Of a stretch of DNA of 37,549 bases, positions 25,951 to 33,111 are shown one piece after another. Positions within the stretch are counted from its first letter, which is position 1. Each line of letters starts with the position of its first letter. Below the pieces are notes generated by a model. It ran no database searches and was not told the origin of the DNA. It worked only from the letters and a program-made list of their open reading frames with translations. The position numbers and the translations under genes are program-made. This DNA is from Solirubrobacterales bacterium. Its GTDB lineage: Bacteria; Actinomycetota; Thermoleophilia; Solirubrobacterales; 70-9. The stretch is taken from NCBI GenBank assembly GCA_036512025.1, contig DATCBF010000178.1, positions 1 through 37,549 of the forward strand, written 5' to 3'.

Positions 25951-26154
25951 CTATCCCGCCTCAGGCCCGAGGTCGGGCTCCGTTCGCAGCGGTACAGCGA
26001 GTGGCCCGGTGGCGCCACCCACTTCGGGATCGGGATGGGCGACGAAGAGAGCTGCCTGTTCGGCGTCGGAGCGAAAGCCGGAGACGACGATCAGCGAGAG
26101 ACCGGCGCCTGTGGCCGCGGGCGCCATGCGGTCGAAGCTGCGGCCACATCGGGC
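25951..26154 (-). pseudogene. Remnant of a VanY/M15-type D-Ala-D-Ala carboxypeptidase-like gene
   Basis: On the minus strand, SFDRMAPAATGAGLSLIVVSGFRSDAEQAALF resembles the SGYRSxxxQxxL core. PKWVAPPGHSLYR is readable only in another frame, and RTEPDLGP back in the first frame. Both ends are truncated. Confidence 0.3.
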
Positions 26155-26317
26155 TCATCCCCTCACCCTGGCGGTATTTGTTTGCGGCTATTCAGATAAC
26201 CAGAATCGAAAACTGAGCCTTCAGCTTTGATCTACAGCAGGTTAGGTGACCACTACGTCGCTCAAGCCCCGAGCGTCCGGGGAAGCGCAGGAGCCATCGA
26301 TAAATGACGTTCGGTGA

Positions 26318-26704
26318 TTAAGAGATCCCTTCAACTTCAAAGTGTCGGGCACCGTAATGACATGTCACCTCACGCGGAAACTTTGAGCGCGGGTAGATCC
26401 GACAGACCCACTGCTGTGTCCGCGAATTTTCTGCAGTTGCTCGAATAGTTACTGTCTGCGTACCCACTGCACCCGATAGCACCGAAACAATCGACCCTAA
26501 TTTCACGCATGTAAGCCTGCTGGTCTCTGGTCTAATCCGGGCCTTTTCTCCGTGAACCCCCACCATACATGGACGGCTTTCCGTCGAAGATGCCACGTTC
26601 TTAGCGCATGCTAAGCCCGCAAACGCGCAACCAATCACTACAAGACCAATCAATATGAATAGATGAAATCGCACTTTTGAAGTATAGCCTCTCGTAAACA
26701 CCAT
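26318..26704 (-). CDS. Small Cys-containing secreted hypothetical protein
   Basis: ATG at 26704 shares one nt with the upstream TAA (TAATG). Signal-like helix FHLFILIGLVVIGCAFAGLACA. Low G+C. Confidence 0.45.
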   Translation of the reverse strand: MVFTRGYTSKVRFHLFILIGLVVIGCAFAGLACAKNVASSTESRPCMVGVHGEKARIRPETSRLTCVKLGSIVSVLSGAVGTQTVTIRATAENSRTQQWVCRIYPRSKFPREVTCHYGARHFEVEGIS

Positions 26705-27060
26705 TAGTAGAAATCTTTCGGCGAAAGACCGACCTCCGACCATCGCGTCTCCTTGGAAACGGTGCCACTGCTCAGCAGTGTGTTTAGATCCTTGAGACTT
26801 CTGGGTCCACGAGCGGCGACGAAATCGAATGCTGCGGCAAGGCCAGTAGACCGGCTCCCGTTCGTAGAGCCGACAACACCGAGTCTATGGCCCTGGTCGA
26901 CGAGCCCGAGGAGCGTCGGCATGACTAAAGCCAGGTTCACCAGTCCCGCAGCGTTGATGACGGCGGTTAACGTTCCCGGGCGCAGCTCAAGCCCGGTTGA
27001 GACCTGGGACTGGATTGGGTAGGCCATTGCCTCGAAGCTAGCGAGAGCATCGGTGGGCAA
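26704..27060 (-). CDS. Hypothetical protein
   Basis: 118-aa ORF, translationally coupled to the downstream gene. No recognisable motif. Confidence 0.35.
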   Translation of the reverse strand: MPTDALASFEAMAYPIQSQVSTGLELRPGTLTAVINAAGLVNLALVMPTLLGLVDQGHRLGVVGSTNGSRSTGLAAAFDFVAARGPRSLKDLNTLLSSGTVSKETRWSEVGLSPKDFY

Positions 27061-27139
27061 ACAGCGCCAAGCGGTCGCAAGGTGCGGGATTCGGCACTGC
27101 CGAAATTGAAGGTTGTGAGAATCGCGTCTAGCCGAGGCC

Positions 27140-27170
27140 GTGGGGACAGCCGTGGGGACGGCATGGGGAC
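27140..27170 (+). repeat. Three closely spaced rTGGGGAC motifs
   Basis: GTGGGGACagccGTGGGGACggcATGGGGAC. The 19-mer at 27142-27160 recurs at 27307-27325 with one mismatch. Confidence 0.7.
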
Positions 27171-27182
27171 CAAACTGGCCCC

Positions 27183-27202
27183 TTATGACCCCCTATGACC
27201 CC
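27183..27202 (+). repeat. Tandem 10-bp direct repeat yTATGACCCC x2 (GGGGTCATA on the minus strand)
   Basis: TTATGACCCC then CTATGACCCC, immediately left of the displaced sufT-like 3' end. Confidence 0.7.
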
Positions 27203-27213
27203 GCAATCCCTGC

Positions 27214-27264
27214 CTAGAAGCCGAGTGCGAACTTGGCGTCGTCGGTCATCATCGCTGCGGACAA
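27214..27264 (-). repeat. Displaced duplicate of the 3' end of the DUF59/SufT gene (att-like core)
   Basis: The minus strand reads (stop)LSAAMMTDDAKFALGF(stop). The last 12 codons encode the same peptide as 33115-33150, and every nucleotide difference in them is synonymous. Confidence 0.75.
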
Positions 27265-27306
27265 CTACGTGAAAGCCCCTGCAAACACCACATTGTTTCC
27301 GTGCGC

Positions 27307-27325
27307 GGGGACAGCCATGGGGACG
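27307..27325 (+). repeat. Second copy of the GGGGACAGCCrTGGGGACG 19-mer
   Basis: 18/19 identical to 27142-27160. It lies on the other side of the sufT-like remnant. Confidence 0.7.
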
Positions 27326-27358
27326 AAGAGTCGCCTAACTCCCGGTTTGCACCGACTC

Positions 27359-28108
27359 CTAGGCTTTTGCTTCGTGAGTCTGCATCAAGAACAGGGCCAT
27401 CGAGCCGGCTAGATTGACCGCAAGGGCTGCATGTCGAGCGGCTGGCCTATATCCGCTTCGCCCGGGACCGTGGGAATCCGAGACACGATTGCGCAGGCTG
27501 CCGATTTCTCTGACGACTGTGGTGCATGCTCCTAGAATCGCTTTGAACTGCTCCTCGGTGTGGTCGCTCGGAGCAAGATTGAGGGTGACTGAAACCACCC
27601 GGTAGAGAGCGGGGAGGTCGTCGCGCTCGCGATACGAGACTTTGCGATCGTCGAGAATCGTCTTGCAGACCGACTCAAGCAGAGTCCGCGCCGACGTGAC
27701 AGCTCCGTCGGGATCGGCCTGTCGGCGCTCGAGGGCCTTATCCCAGGCCTGTTCGATCGAAACCGCATTGATCGCCACCGCCCTCTCGAAAACCAAGGCA
27801 TCCAGCGGGGAATCATCGGCGACCTCAAGCGCCGCTAGCAAGGGCTCGAACTCCTCGCGCAGGAACTTGCGGCGCGACTCGTAACTCGGAAGCTCTGGAT
27901 CGCAGCCCTTGATATAGCTCCAAACGGCATCTGGCTCGCGGCAGATCCGGACGCATTGCGGAGCAATCCGCTTGCCGGTCGAGTCAGCGAGTACAACCCG
28001 TCGGGCTCCAGCGAAGTCATGCTTGCTGACCTCGCCACCGTCGGTGACTCGGGCAATCATGTATTGGAGCAGCTCACTTGCAGCCTCGAAGGTCTCGTGG
28101 TCGGCCAT
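27359..28108 (-). CDS. Abi_C-domain (abortive-infection C-terminal, HEPN-type) protein
   Basis: The C-terminal half ARTLLESVCKTILDD...ILGACTTVVREIGSLRNRVSDSHG...AARHAALAVNLAGSMALFL matches the Abi_C pattern and contains an Rx4-6H motif (RNRVSDSH). I prefer the ATG at 28108; a TTG at 28129 is an alternative. Confidence 0.7.
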   Translation of the reverse strand: MADHETFEAASELLQYMIARVTDGGEVSKHDFAGARRVVLADSTGKRIAPQCVRICREPDAVWSYIKGCDPELPSYESRRKFLREEFEPLLAALEVADDSPLDALVFERAVAINAVSIEQAWDKALERRQADPDGAVTSARTLLESVCKTILDDRKVSYRERDDLPALYRVVSVTLNLAPSDHTEEQFKAILGACTTVVREIGSLRNRVSDSHGPGRSGYRPAARHAALAVNLAGSMALFLMQTHEAKA

Positions 28109-28166
28109 CGTCGGGGCGAATCTTGCCAAAGTGCCGAAGCCTCAAGTGGATTCCGAAGGCGCGAAC

Positions 28167-28185
28167 TGCGCTCAATTGCAGCGCA
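28167..28185. promoter_or_regulatory. Inverted repeat in the Abi_C / CBASS divergent intergenic region
   Basis: TGCGCT-caattgc-AGCGCA. A related CTGCAATT(T)G motif recurs at about 28254 in the opposite orientation. Confidence 0.25.
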
Positions 28186-28416
28186 TACAAGCCTGGAGTC
28201 GCTATCCAGGCCCGCGCTGAATGGGATGACTGTCAATCCGACCGCGAAAACCCTGCAATTTGCGGCGCTAGGGGTGAGCATTACCGTCCGCTCACAATGA
28301 GACCGTCGCTGTCTTCACAAAAATACCGGTGATTGCAACTACCAATACGAGACCATACCCATGAGATATGACAGAAAAGTGAGCCTCTCGACGCGAACCG
28401 GCCCGGCGGTGGGCTG

Positions 28417-29592
28417 ATGGCTTCACCGCTCTTCCTTAGCTACGGCTGGAGTGACGGATCGCCGCCTCCTGTTGTCGAGGAGCTAGATCGCCTGCTGCAA
28501 CTGCGGGGGGTGCCGATGTGGAGGGACCTGCGCGATCTCGGCGCCGGCGGACTGAACGAGGAGGTTGCCGGAGCGGCAATCCGCGAGGAGTGCTGCGGCT
28601 GCATTCTCCACTTCACCGAGCAGATTCTCGACTCTTGGTTCATCGGAAGCGTCGAGCTGGAGGCGGTCCGCCATCGGCTCGACCGTGATGAGGACTTCTT
28701 CCTCGCCGCAGTCTTCGACGGGGTTGGCAAAGAGCAGATCGAGTCGCTTGAAAAGGAGGCCAGCCTCAATCTACGCGCTTTTCAGGGGCTCTTCCTCGAT
28801 TCGACCAAGGACATCGGCGAGCAGCTCGAGGGCTTCTCGAGTCAGCTGCTGCGCCGCTACCTGGAGGGCATAGACATTGAGCAGCCGACGGCCCGGGTCG
28901 ACAGCTGGGGCCGAATCCCTTGGAAGGATGCAGCTCCGATCCAGCTCAACTGGGCCGGTGAGGACGACGGGGATGGCCAGCTCCCGGCCGATTGGGACGC
29001 GCTCAAGCGGGCAGTCACGGATCTTCGTGCGGCCCTTGGGGAGCTGACGACGGAGCGCGTGCTCCGTCTGAATGGCACTATCCACCTGTCTGCGGCATTC
29101 CTGATCGGCTGGGAGTTTCGCGAGACCACCGGTTGGACTATCGAGGCCGATCATCCGCGAGCGGGGGTGACCGTTACGACAATGCGGCCCGACCCTCAGG
29201 GCTGGACGATTACGCCCCTGCCCTCGCAGAACGACTCGGGCTCAGTCATTGTCCGCGTCTGCGCCAGCGCCGACTGCTCACATGCAGTGCGCGCCCATCT
29301 CGCAGAGATGGATCGGGCCCGCGCGGAACTGGCCGTGTTTCCTCCCGGCGGTAAGACCGGCCGCTTCAGCGTCGACGATTTCGACCTCAACGGCCTTGCC
29401 ACCGCGATCATCGCCGCGGTCCGCAGCTGCCGAGAGCGTTATGGAGTCGAGGTGACCAAGCTCTACCTCGCCTCCCCCTGGACCCTGGCGCTGACTCTCG
29501 GCTGGAACTTCGCCAGCAGCGGCACGCTTGTTGTGTACGAGGCAACGGCTGACAAGTCCACCTACCACCCCACTCCACTTCAACTTCCCTGA
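28417..29592 (+). CDS. TIR-SAVED effector (N-terminal TIR-like domain, C-terminal SAVED-like cyclic-oligonucleotide sensor)
   Basis: N-terminus LFLSYGWSD...ILHFTEQILDSWFIGSVELEAV is TIR-like. The C-terminal ~240 aa contains two CARF-like half-repeats (LNGTIHLSAAFLIGWEF... and LYLASPWTLALTLGWNF...VVYE). It lies first in an operon with a CD-NTase. Confidence 0.75.
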   Translation: MASPLFLSYGWSDGSPPPVVEELDRLLQLRGVPMWRDLRDLGAGGLNEEVAGAAIREECCGCILHFTEQILDSWFIGSVELEAVRHRLDRDEDFFLAAVFDGVGKEQIESLEKEASLNLRAFQGLFLDSTKDIGEQLEGFSSQLLRRYLEGIDIEQPTARVDSWGRIPWKDAAPIQLNWAGEDDGDGQLPADWDALKRAVTDLRAALGELTTERVLRLNGTIHLSAAFLIGWEFRETTGWTIEADHPRAGVTVTTMRPDPQGWTITPLPSQNDSGSVIVRVCASADCSHAVRAHLAEMDRARAELAVFPPGGKTGRFSVDDFDLNGLATAIIAAVRSCRERYGVEVTKLYLASPWTLALTLGWNFASSGTLVVYEATADKSTYHPTPLQLP

Positions 29593-29602
29593 GGAGCCCA
29601 AA

Positions 29603-30607
29603 TTGTCACTAGAGGACGCTTTTCACAACCTGCAGGAAGAGGTCAACGCCGATCCCGTCCAAGTTGAAGAGGCTCGCGGCCGGCGCGAAATGTTCCAGGC
29701 CGCCTTCGCAGGAGAGCCGGACGGCGTCAACTCGGTGCCCAGCGGGTCTCTCGCACGCGGCAGCCAGATCGAACCGATCAATGACGTCGACCTGCTCTGG
29801 GTCTACCAGCCGAGTTCCTGTGCCGACTGGACCCCTGAGGATGCGCTGGAGCACACCAGGGAGCGGATCAAGGAGTTGCTCGGGTCGGAGTCGGCACTTG
29901 TCGAACTCTTCGGCGAGCAAGGTCGCAGCATGCGCTGGGTCCGCGAAACGCGCCTGCAGAACCATGCCGTCAAGTGCTTCCTCGATGACCCCGAAGACGA
30001 GGACGCATTCACGGTCGACGTCGTCCCGGCGCTGGCACGCGACCCCCGCGGCTTCTGGATTCCCGAGAAAAGCAGCGCCAGCTGGATCGAGACCGACCCG
30101 GTGCTCCTGATCGAACGGGTGCTGGAGCGCCACGGTGGCTATGGAGAGGGTCAGTTCGTGCAGTTGATCCGCGTGCTGAAGCGCTGGTCCAAGGACAATT
30201 CGCGGGTGATCAAGGGTCTAGCGATCGAGGTACTCGCCCTCGATCACCTGCCAGACGCCGAGCGCCAGGTCGCGCTGGCCCGATTCTTCGAGGGTGCTCT
30301 CAACCACATCCGCGAGCCGATCCTCGACCCGGCGAGACTCTGTGGCGAAGTGCAGCCCGACCTCGACCGCGACCGAGCCGAGGATCTCCTGAGAAAGGCG
30401 GCGGACCTGTCAGCAAGAGCCGTGGTCGCCGACCAGAGGGGCAAAATCGAGGACGCCCAGTGCTTATGGCGCGAACTCTTCGGTGAGATCTTCCCCGAGC
30501 CCCCCGGCGGCTGCGCCAAGGAGAGCGACGGCAACGGGGTCAAGGCTACCGCCACCGCCAGCGCCCTCGGCAGCCGCAGGCGTGTGCAGCGGGTTGAAGA
30601 GGGATGA
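29603..30607 (+). CDS. CD-NTase / SMODS cyclic-oligonucleotide synthase
   Basis: PSGSLARGSQIEPINDVDLL (GS...DxD), FTVDVVPA (third acidic residue), WIETDP and LIRVLKRWSK are present. TTG start at 29603 has a GAGGAG SD. The protein ends in ...RVQRVEEG. Confidence 0.8.
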   Translation: MSLEDAFHNLQEEVNADPVQVEEARGRREMFQAAFAGEPDGVNSVPSGSLARGSQIEPINDVDLLWVYQPSSCADWTPEDALEHTRERIKELLGSESALVELFGEQGRSMRWVRETRLQNHAVKCFLDDPEDEDAFTVDVVPALARDPRGFWIPEKSSASWIETDPVLLIERVLERHGGYGEGQFVQLIRVLKRWSKDNSRVIKGLAIEVLALDHLPDAERQVALARFFEGALNHIREPILDPARLCGEVQPDLDRDRAEDLLRKAADLSARAVVADQRGKIEDAQCLWRELFGEIFPEPPGGCAKESDGNGVKATATASALGSRRRVQRVEEG

Positions 30608-30608
30608 A

Positions 30609-31118
30609 ATGGAGCGCACTCCAATCTCATGGATCGAGGCTGAGCCCGATCGCGTCGAACTCGAGAAACGCGAAATGGCCGATCGCGCTCCCGAGATGGC
30701 ATGGCGTGAAGGCGAGGATCTGCCCAGCGGAGGCTTCGAGGGCCTGGCACCTGAGTGGCCATTTGACCGTGACCCGCCTGAGAAGCTCGACAGGCTGACC
30801 GAGGGCAAGCAGCTCTCGGTGCAGGTCCGCTTCTTCGAGGGCTACCCGGCCCAACCACCCCGGCTCTTCGCGCTCGATCCCGAACCCTCGGTCGAGGAGC
30901 GCCTGCGCGAGGAAGTCCACGTCAATGGCGACGGCTCGATCTGCCTGATCCTCCACCCAAGCGACTGGAGCAGCAGCGAATGCGCAGTCGAGCTCGTGAC
31001 CAAGGCGTCGGGCTGGTTCCTCGAGTACCTCGCGGTAGGACGCGGGCTGATCGAGGCTATGAGCCCGGCCGGGATGTTTGCAAACACCGAGCTTGACGCC
31101 AAGATCGAAGAGCTATGA
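30609..31118 (+). CDS. Stand-alone E2 (UBC-like) protein, Cap2 E2-domain equivalent
   Basis: FFEGYPAQPPRLFAL...HVNGDGSICL is the UBC-fold YPxxPP plus HxN...G.ICL catalytic-Cys motif. It starts 2 nt after the CD-NTase stop. Confidence 0.8.
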   Translation: MERTPISWIEAEPDRVELEKREMADRAPEMAWREGEDLPSGGFEGLAPEWPFDRDPPEKLDRLTEGKQLSVQVRFFEGYPAQPPRLFALDPEPSVEERLREEVHVNGDGSICLILHPSDWSSSECAVELVTKASGWFLEYLAVGRGLIEAMSPAGMFANTELDAKIEEL

Positions 31119-32455
31119 CCCGCGAGCTGCTGCTGATTACGGCCGAGACCGCCCAGAGGATCGCGGCAAGCGGTGCCAAGTGGGGCCATCTCGGCCTCGC
31201 CGTCAACGTCCCCGAAGAGATCTACCATGTGGTCAGCTGGTCGGTGAAGGGACACACCCACTCCCCAGCCACCGAGGGCTGGAGCGAGCACACCGCGGGC
31301 CACTCGTTCAAGGGCGGCGACGGTAACGCACTCTGGTATCGGGGCACATACGAGCTGCACGACCGTGGCCGCCACGACTCGGTAAGAGGGCAGGCGACCC
31401 CCATCTCCATCATGCAAGAACAGGTCGAGGGGGACTGGCTGACCTTCAAGCGGCTCCTCCTCATGATCACCTTCTGCGAGCGCGACGGACGCACCGAATG
31501 GGCCGCCTGGAAGCGTTCCGGCGAGGATTCCTTTTGGCCAATCGATATCGAGATCTTCGACCACGAGGCCGATCTACTAGCACCATTGGGAGGGGCCTGG
31601 CCCCGTGAGGCTCTCTCCGAGAAGCTCGTCACCGTGGTCGGCGTGGGCAGCGTAGGCGGCGCAGCCTGTGAGGCGATGGCGGCCTATGGCATCCGTAGGT
31701 TCGCCCTCGTCGATGAAGACCGCCTGCTCTCTAGGAACTTCGCCCGCCACCGGGCAACCCGACGTGATCACGGCAGGTTCAAGGTCGATTCGGTCGCCGA
31801 TCTCCTGAAAGAGCGCGACCCCTTGATCGAGGTTGAGGCGCTTCGCGCCAACGTCGCTTTCGACGCCAACACGATTCGGCCGCTCCTCGCCAAAAGCGAC
31901 CTCGTGGCCTGTTTCACCGACGGGCCGGAGAGCCGCAGGGTCGTCAACCATCTCGCCTTCCGTGCGCGCCGGCCAGCCGTGTTCGGCTGCGTCTTGGACT
32001 TCGGGAGCTACGGCGAGACGCTCGTGTTGCGGCCAGGTTGGACGGGCTGCCTCGAGTGCAATCGAGTTTCGCTGCGCGAGAGCATGGAGCTCGAGCTCGG
32101 GCTCGAGTACTCAGAGATTCAGGAACGGCTGGCGCCAACCGACGGTCAACATTTCGGCATGACACGGGCCTTCAGCCACTACGGAGTCGACCCCGGGGTG
32201 CTCGGCACAACCGCGGTCGGCGGCGACCTCCATTTGGTCGGCGGGTTCTCGGCAAAGGCGGCAGTGGCAATGCTGCTGCGAAGTGCGGGCTACCGCGAGC
32301 AGCGACTTCCGGGTAGCCATGCCCTGATCGGCCTACGCCCTCCGGTGATCGCCGATCCTGAACCCTTTAACCGCGTCGGACGGGTCGGTGAGGTGGCATG
32401 GCTGCCGACCGCCTCACCCCGGCCGGAGTGCCGTACATGCGGGGACGGAACATGA
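31115..32455 (+). CDS. E1-like (ThiF/MoeB adenylation fold) protein with a ~170-aa N-terminal domain, Cap2 E1 equivalent
   Basis: VVGVGSVGGAACEAMAAYGIRRFALVDEDRL is a Rossmann/ThiF motif. CxxC pairs are CLECN and CRTCG. ATGA overlap with the E2 gene. Confidence 0.8.
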   Translation: MTRELLLITAETAQRIAASGAKWGHLGLAVNVPEEIYHVVSWSVKGHTHSPATEGWSEHTAGHSFKGGDGNALWYRGTYELHDRGRHDSVRGQATPISIMQEQVEGDWLTFKRLLLMITFCERDGRTEWAAWKRSGEDSFWPIDIEIFDHEADLLAPLGGAWPREALSEKLVTVVGVGSVGGAACEAMAAYGIRRFALVDEDRLLSRNFARHRATRRDHGRFKVDSVADLLKERDPLIEVEALRANVAFDANTIRPLLAKSDLVACFTDGPESRRVVNHLAFRARRPAVFGCVLDFGSYGETLVLRPGWTGCLECNRVSLRESMELELGLEYSEIQERLAPTDGQHFGMTRAFSHYGVDPGVLGTTAVGGDLHLVGGFSAKAAVAMLLRSAGYREQRLPGSHALIGLRPPVIADPEPFNRVGRVGEVAWLPTASPRPECRTCGDGT

Positions 32456-32976
32456 GCGGCGCGGTCGTGATCTCGGAGCGAGTGATGGATGAAGTCCGCA
32501 ATATGGCGCGTGATTCAGAAGATGGCAGCGAGACGGGCGGAATCCTGCTCGGCTTCGAGGAGATTGACGGCAGCTTCTGGGTGACCGAGGCGGGCGGGCC
32601 GGGGCCCCTGGCCGAGCGCTCCCCGACCTACTTCTGCCGGGATCTCGACCACGCCGAGGTGATCGCCGAGCGAGCGTTTTCGATCGACGGCTCTCAGTGG
32701 GTAGGCGATTGGCACACCCATCCCGGCGGCCCCAACGCCCTCAGCCACGTTGATCTGCGCAGCTACCGGGAGGTTCTCGTCAACAGCGACCTCGAGGTCT
32801 TTCTGGCAATCCTTCTCCGCCCCGGCCTCAAGGGCTGGCAGCAGCCGCGCGCCACAGCCTTTGCGGTCAGCGCCTCCCGGGTTCAGCCGATCCGGATCAT
32901 CGACCTCCTGGGTGGGCGCCTGTTGAATCGCGGGATCGGCACCTCTCGCGACGATCACATTAGCCCGCGAACCTGA
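32452..32976 (+). CDS. cap3: JAB/JAMM metalloprotease (Cap3-like)
   Basis: SETGGILLG plus an exact JAMM motif HTHPGGPNALSHVD (HxHx7Sx2D). ATGA overlap with the E1 gene. Confidence 0.85.
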   Translation: MSGAVVISERVMDEVRNMARDSEDGSETGGILLGFEEIDGSFWVTEAGGPGPLAERSPTYFCRDLDHAEVIAERAFSIDGSQWVGDWHTHPGGPNALSHVDLRSYREVLVNSDLEVFLAILLRPGLKGWQQPRATAFAVSASRVQPIRIIDLLGGRLLNRGIGTSRDDHISPRT

Positions 32977-33024
32977 TCCCAGGGCAGCAAGGTGAAACGA
33001 GGCCGATCCCGGAGTCGTATCCAG

Positions 33025-33046
33025 ACGAGTTGAAAGCGTTACTCGT
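33025..33046 (+). terminator. Possible stem-loop after the JAB gene
   Basis: ACGAGT-tgaaagcgtt-ACTCGT. An alternative pairing is CGAGTT/AACTCG. No U-tract. Confidence 0.25.
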
Positions 33047-33111
33047 GAGAACTCGGTTGATGACACCGGCACGACCCCACGATGCATCTCTAGGAACCCC
33101 GCCTCTAGCGC

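Noticed and set aside
25839-26230. Plus-strand ORFs 25839-26216 and 25910-26230, and minus-strand ORF 25961-26158.
   Set aside because: They are Arg/Ser/Pro-rich nonsense frames over the VanY/M15-like remnant, which is read in other minus-strand frames.
27131-27330. Whether the GGGGAC repeats could be a miniature CRISPR array.
   Set aside because: The repeat units are only about 8 nt long, separated by 3-4 nt or by about 135 nt with no regular spacer length, and no cas genes are present.
28440-30133. Several 60-175-aa ORFs antisense or out of frame within the TIR-SAVED and CD-NTase genes.
   Set aside because: They are fully nested in genes with strong domain evidence, and their translations are low-complexity.
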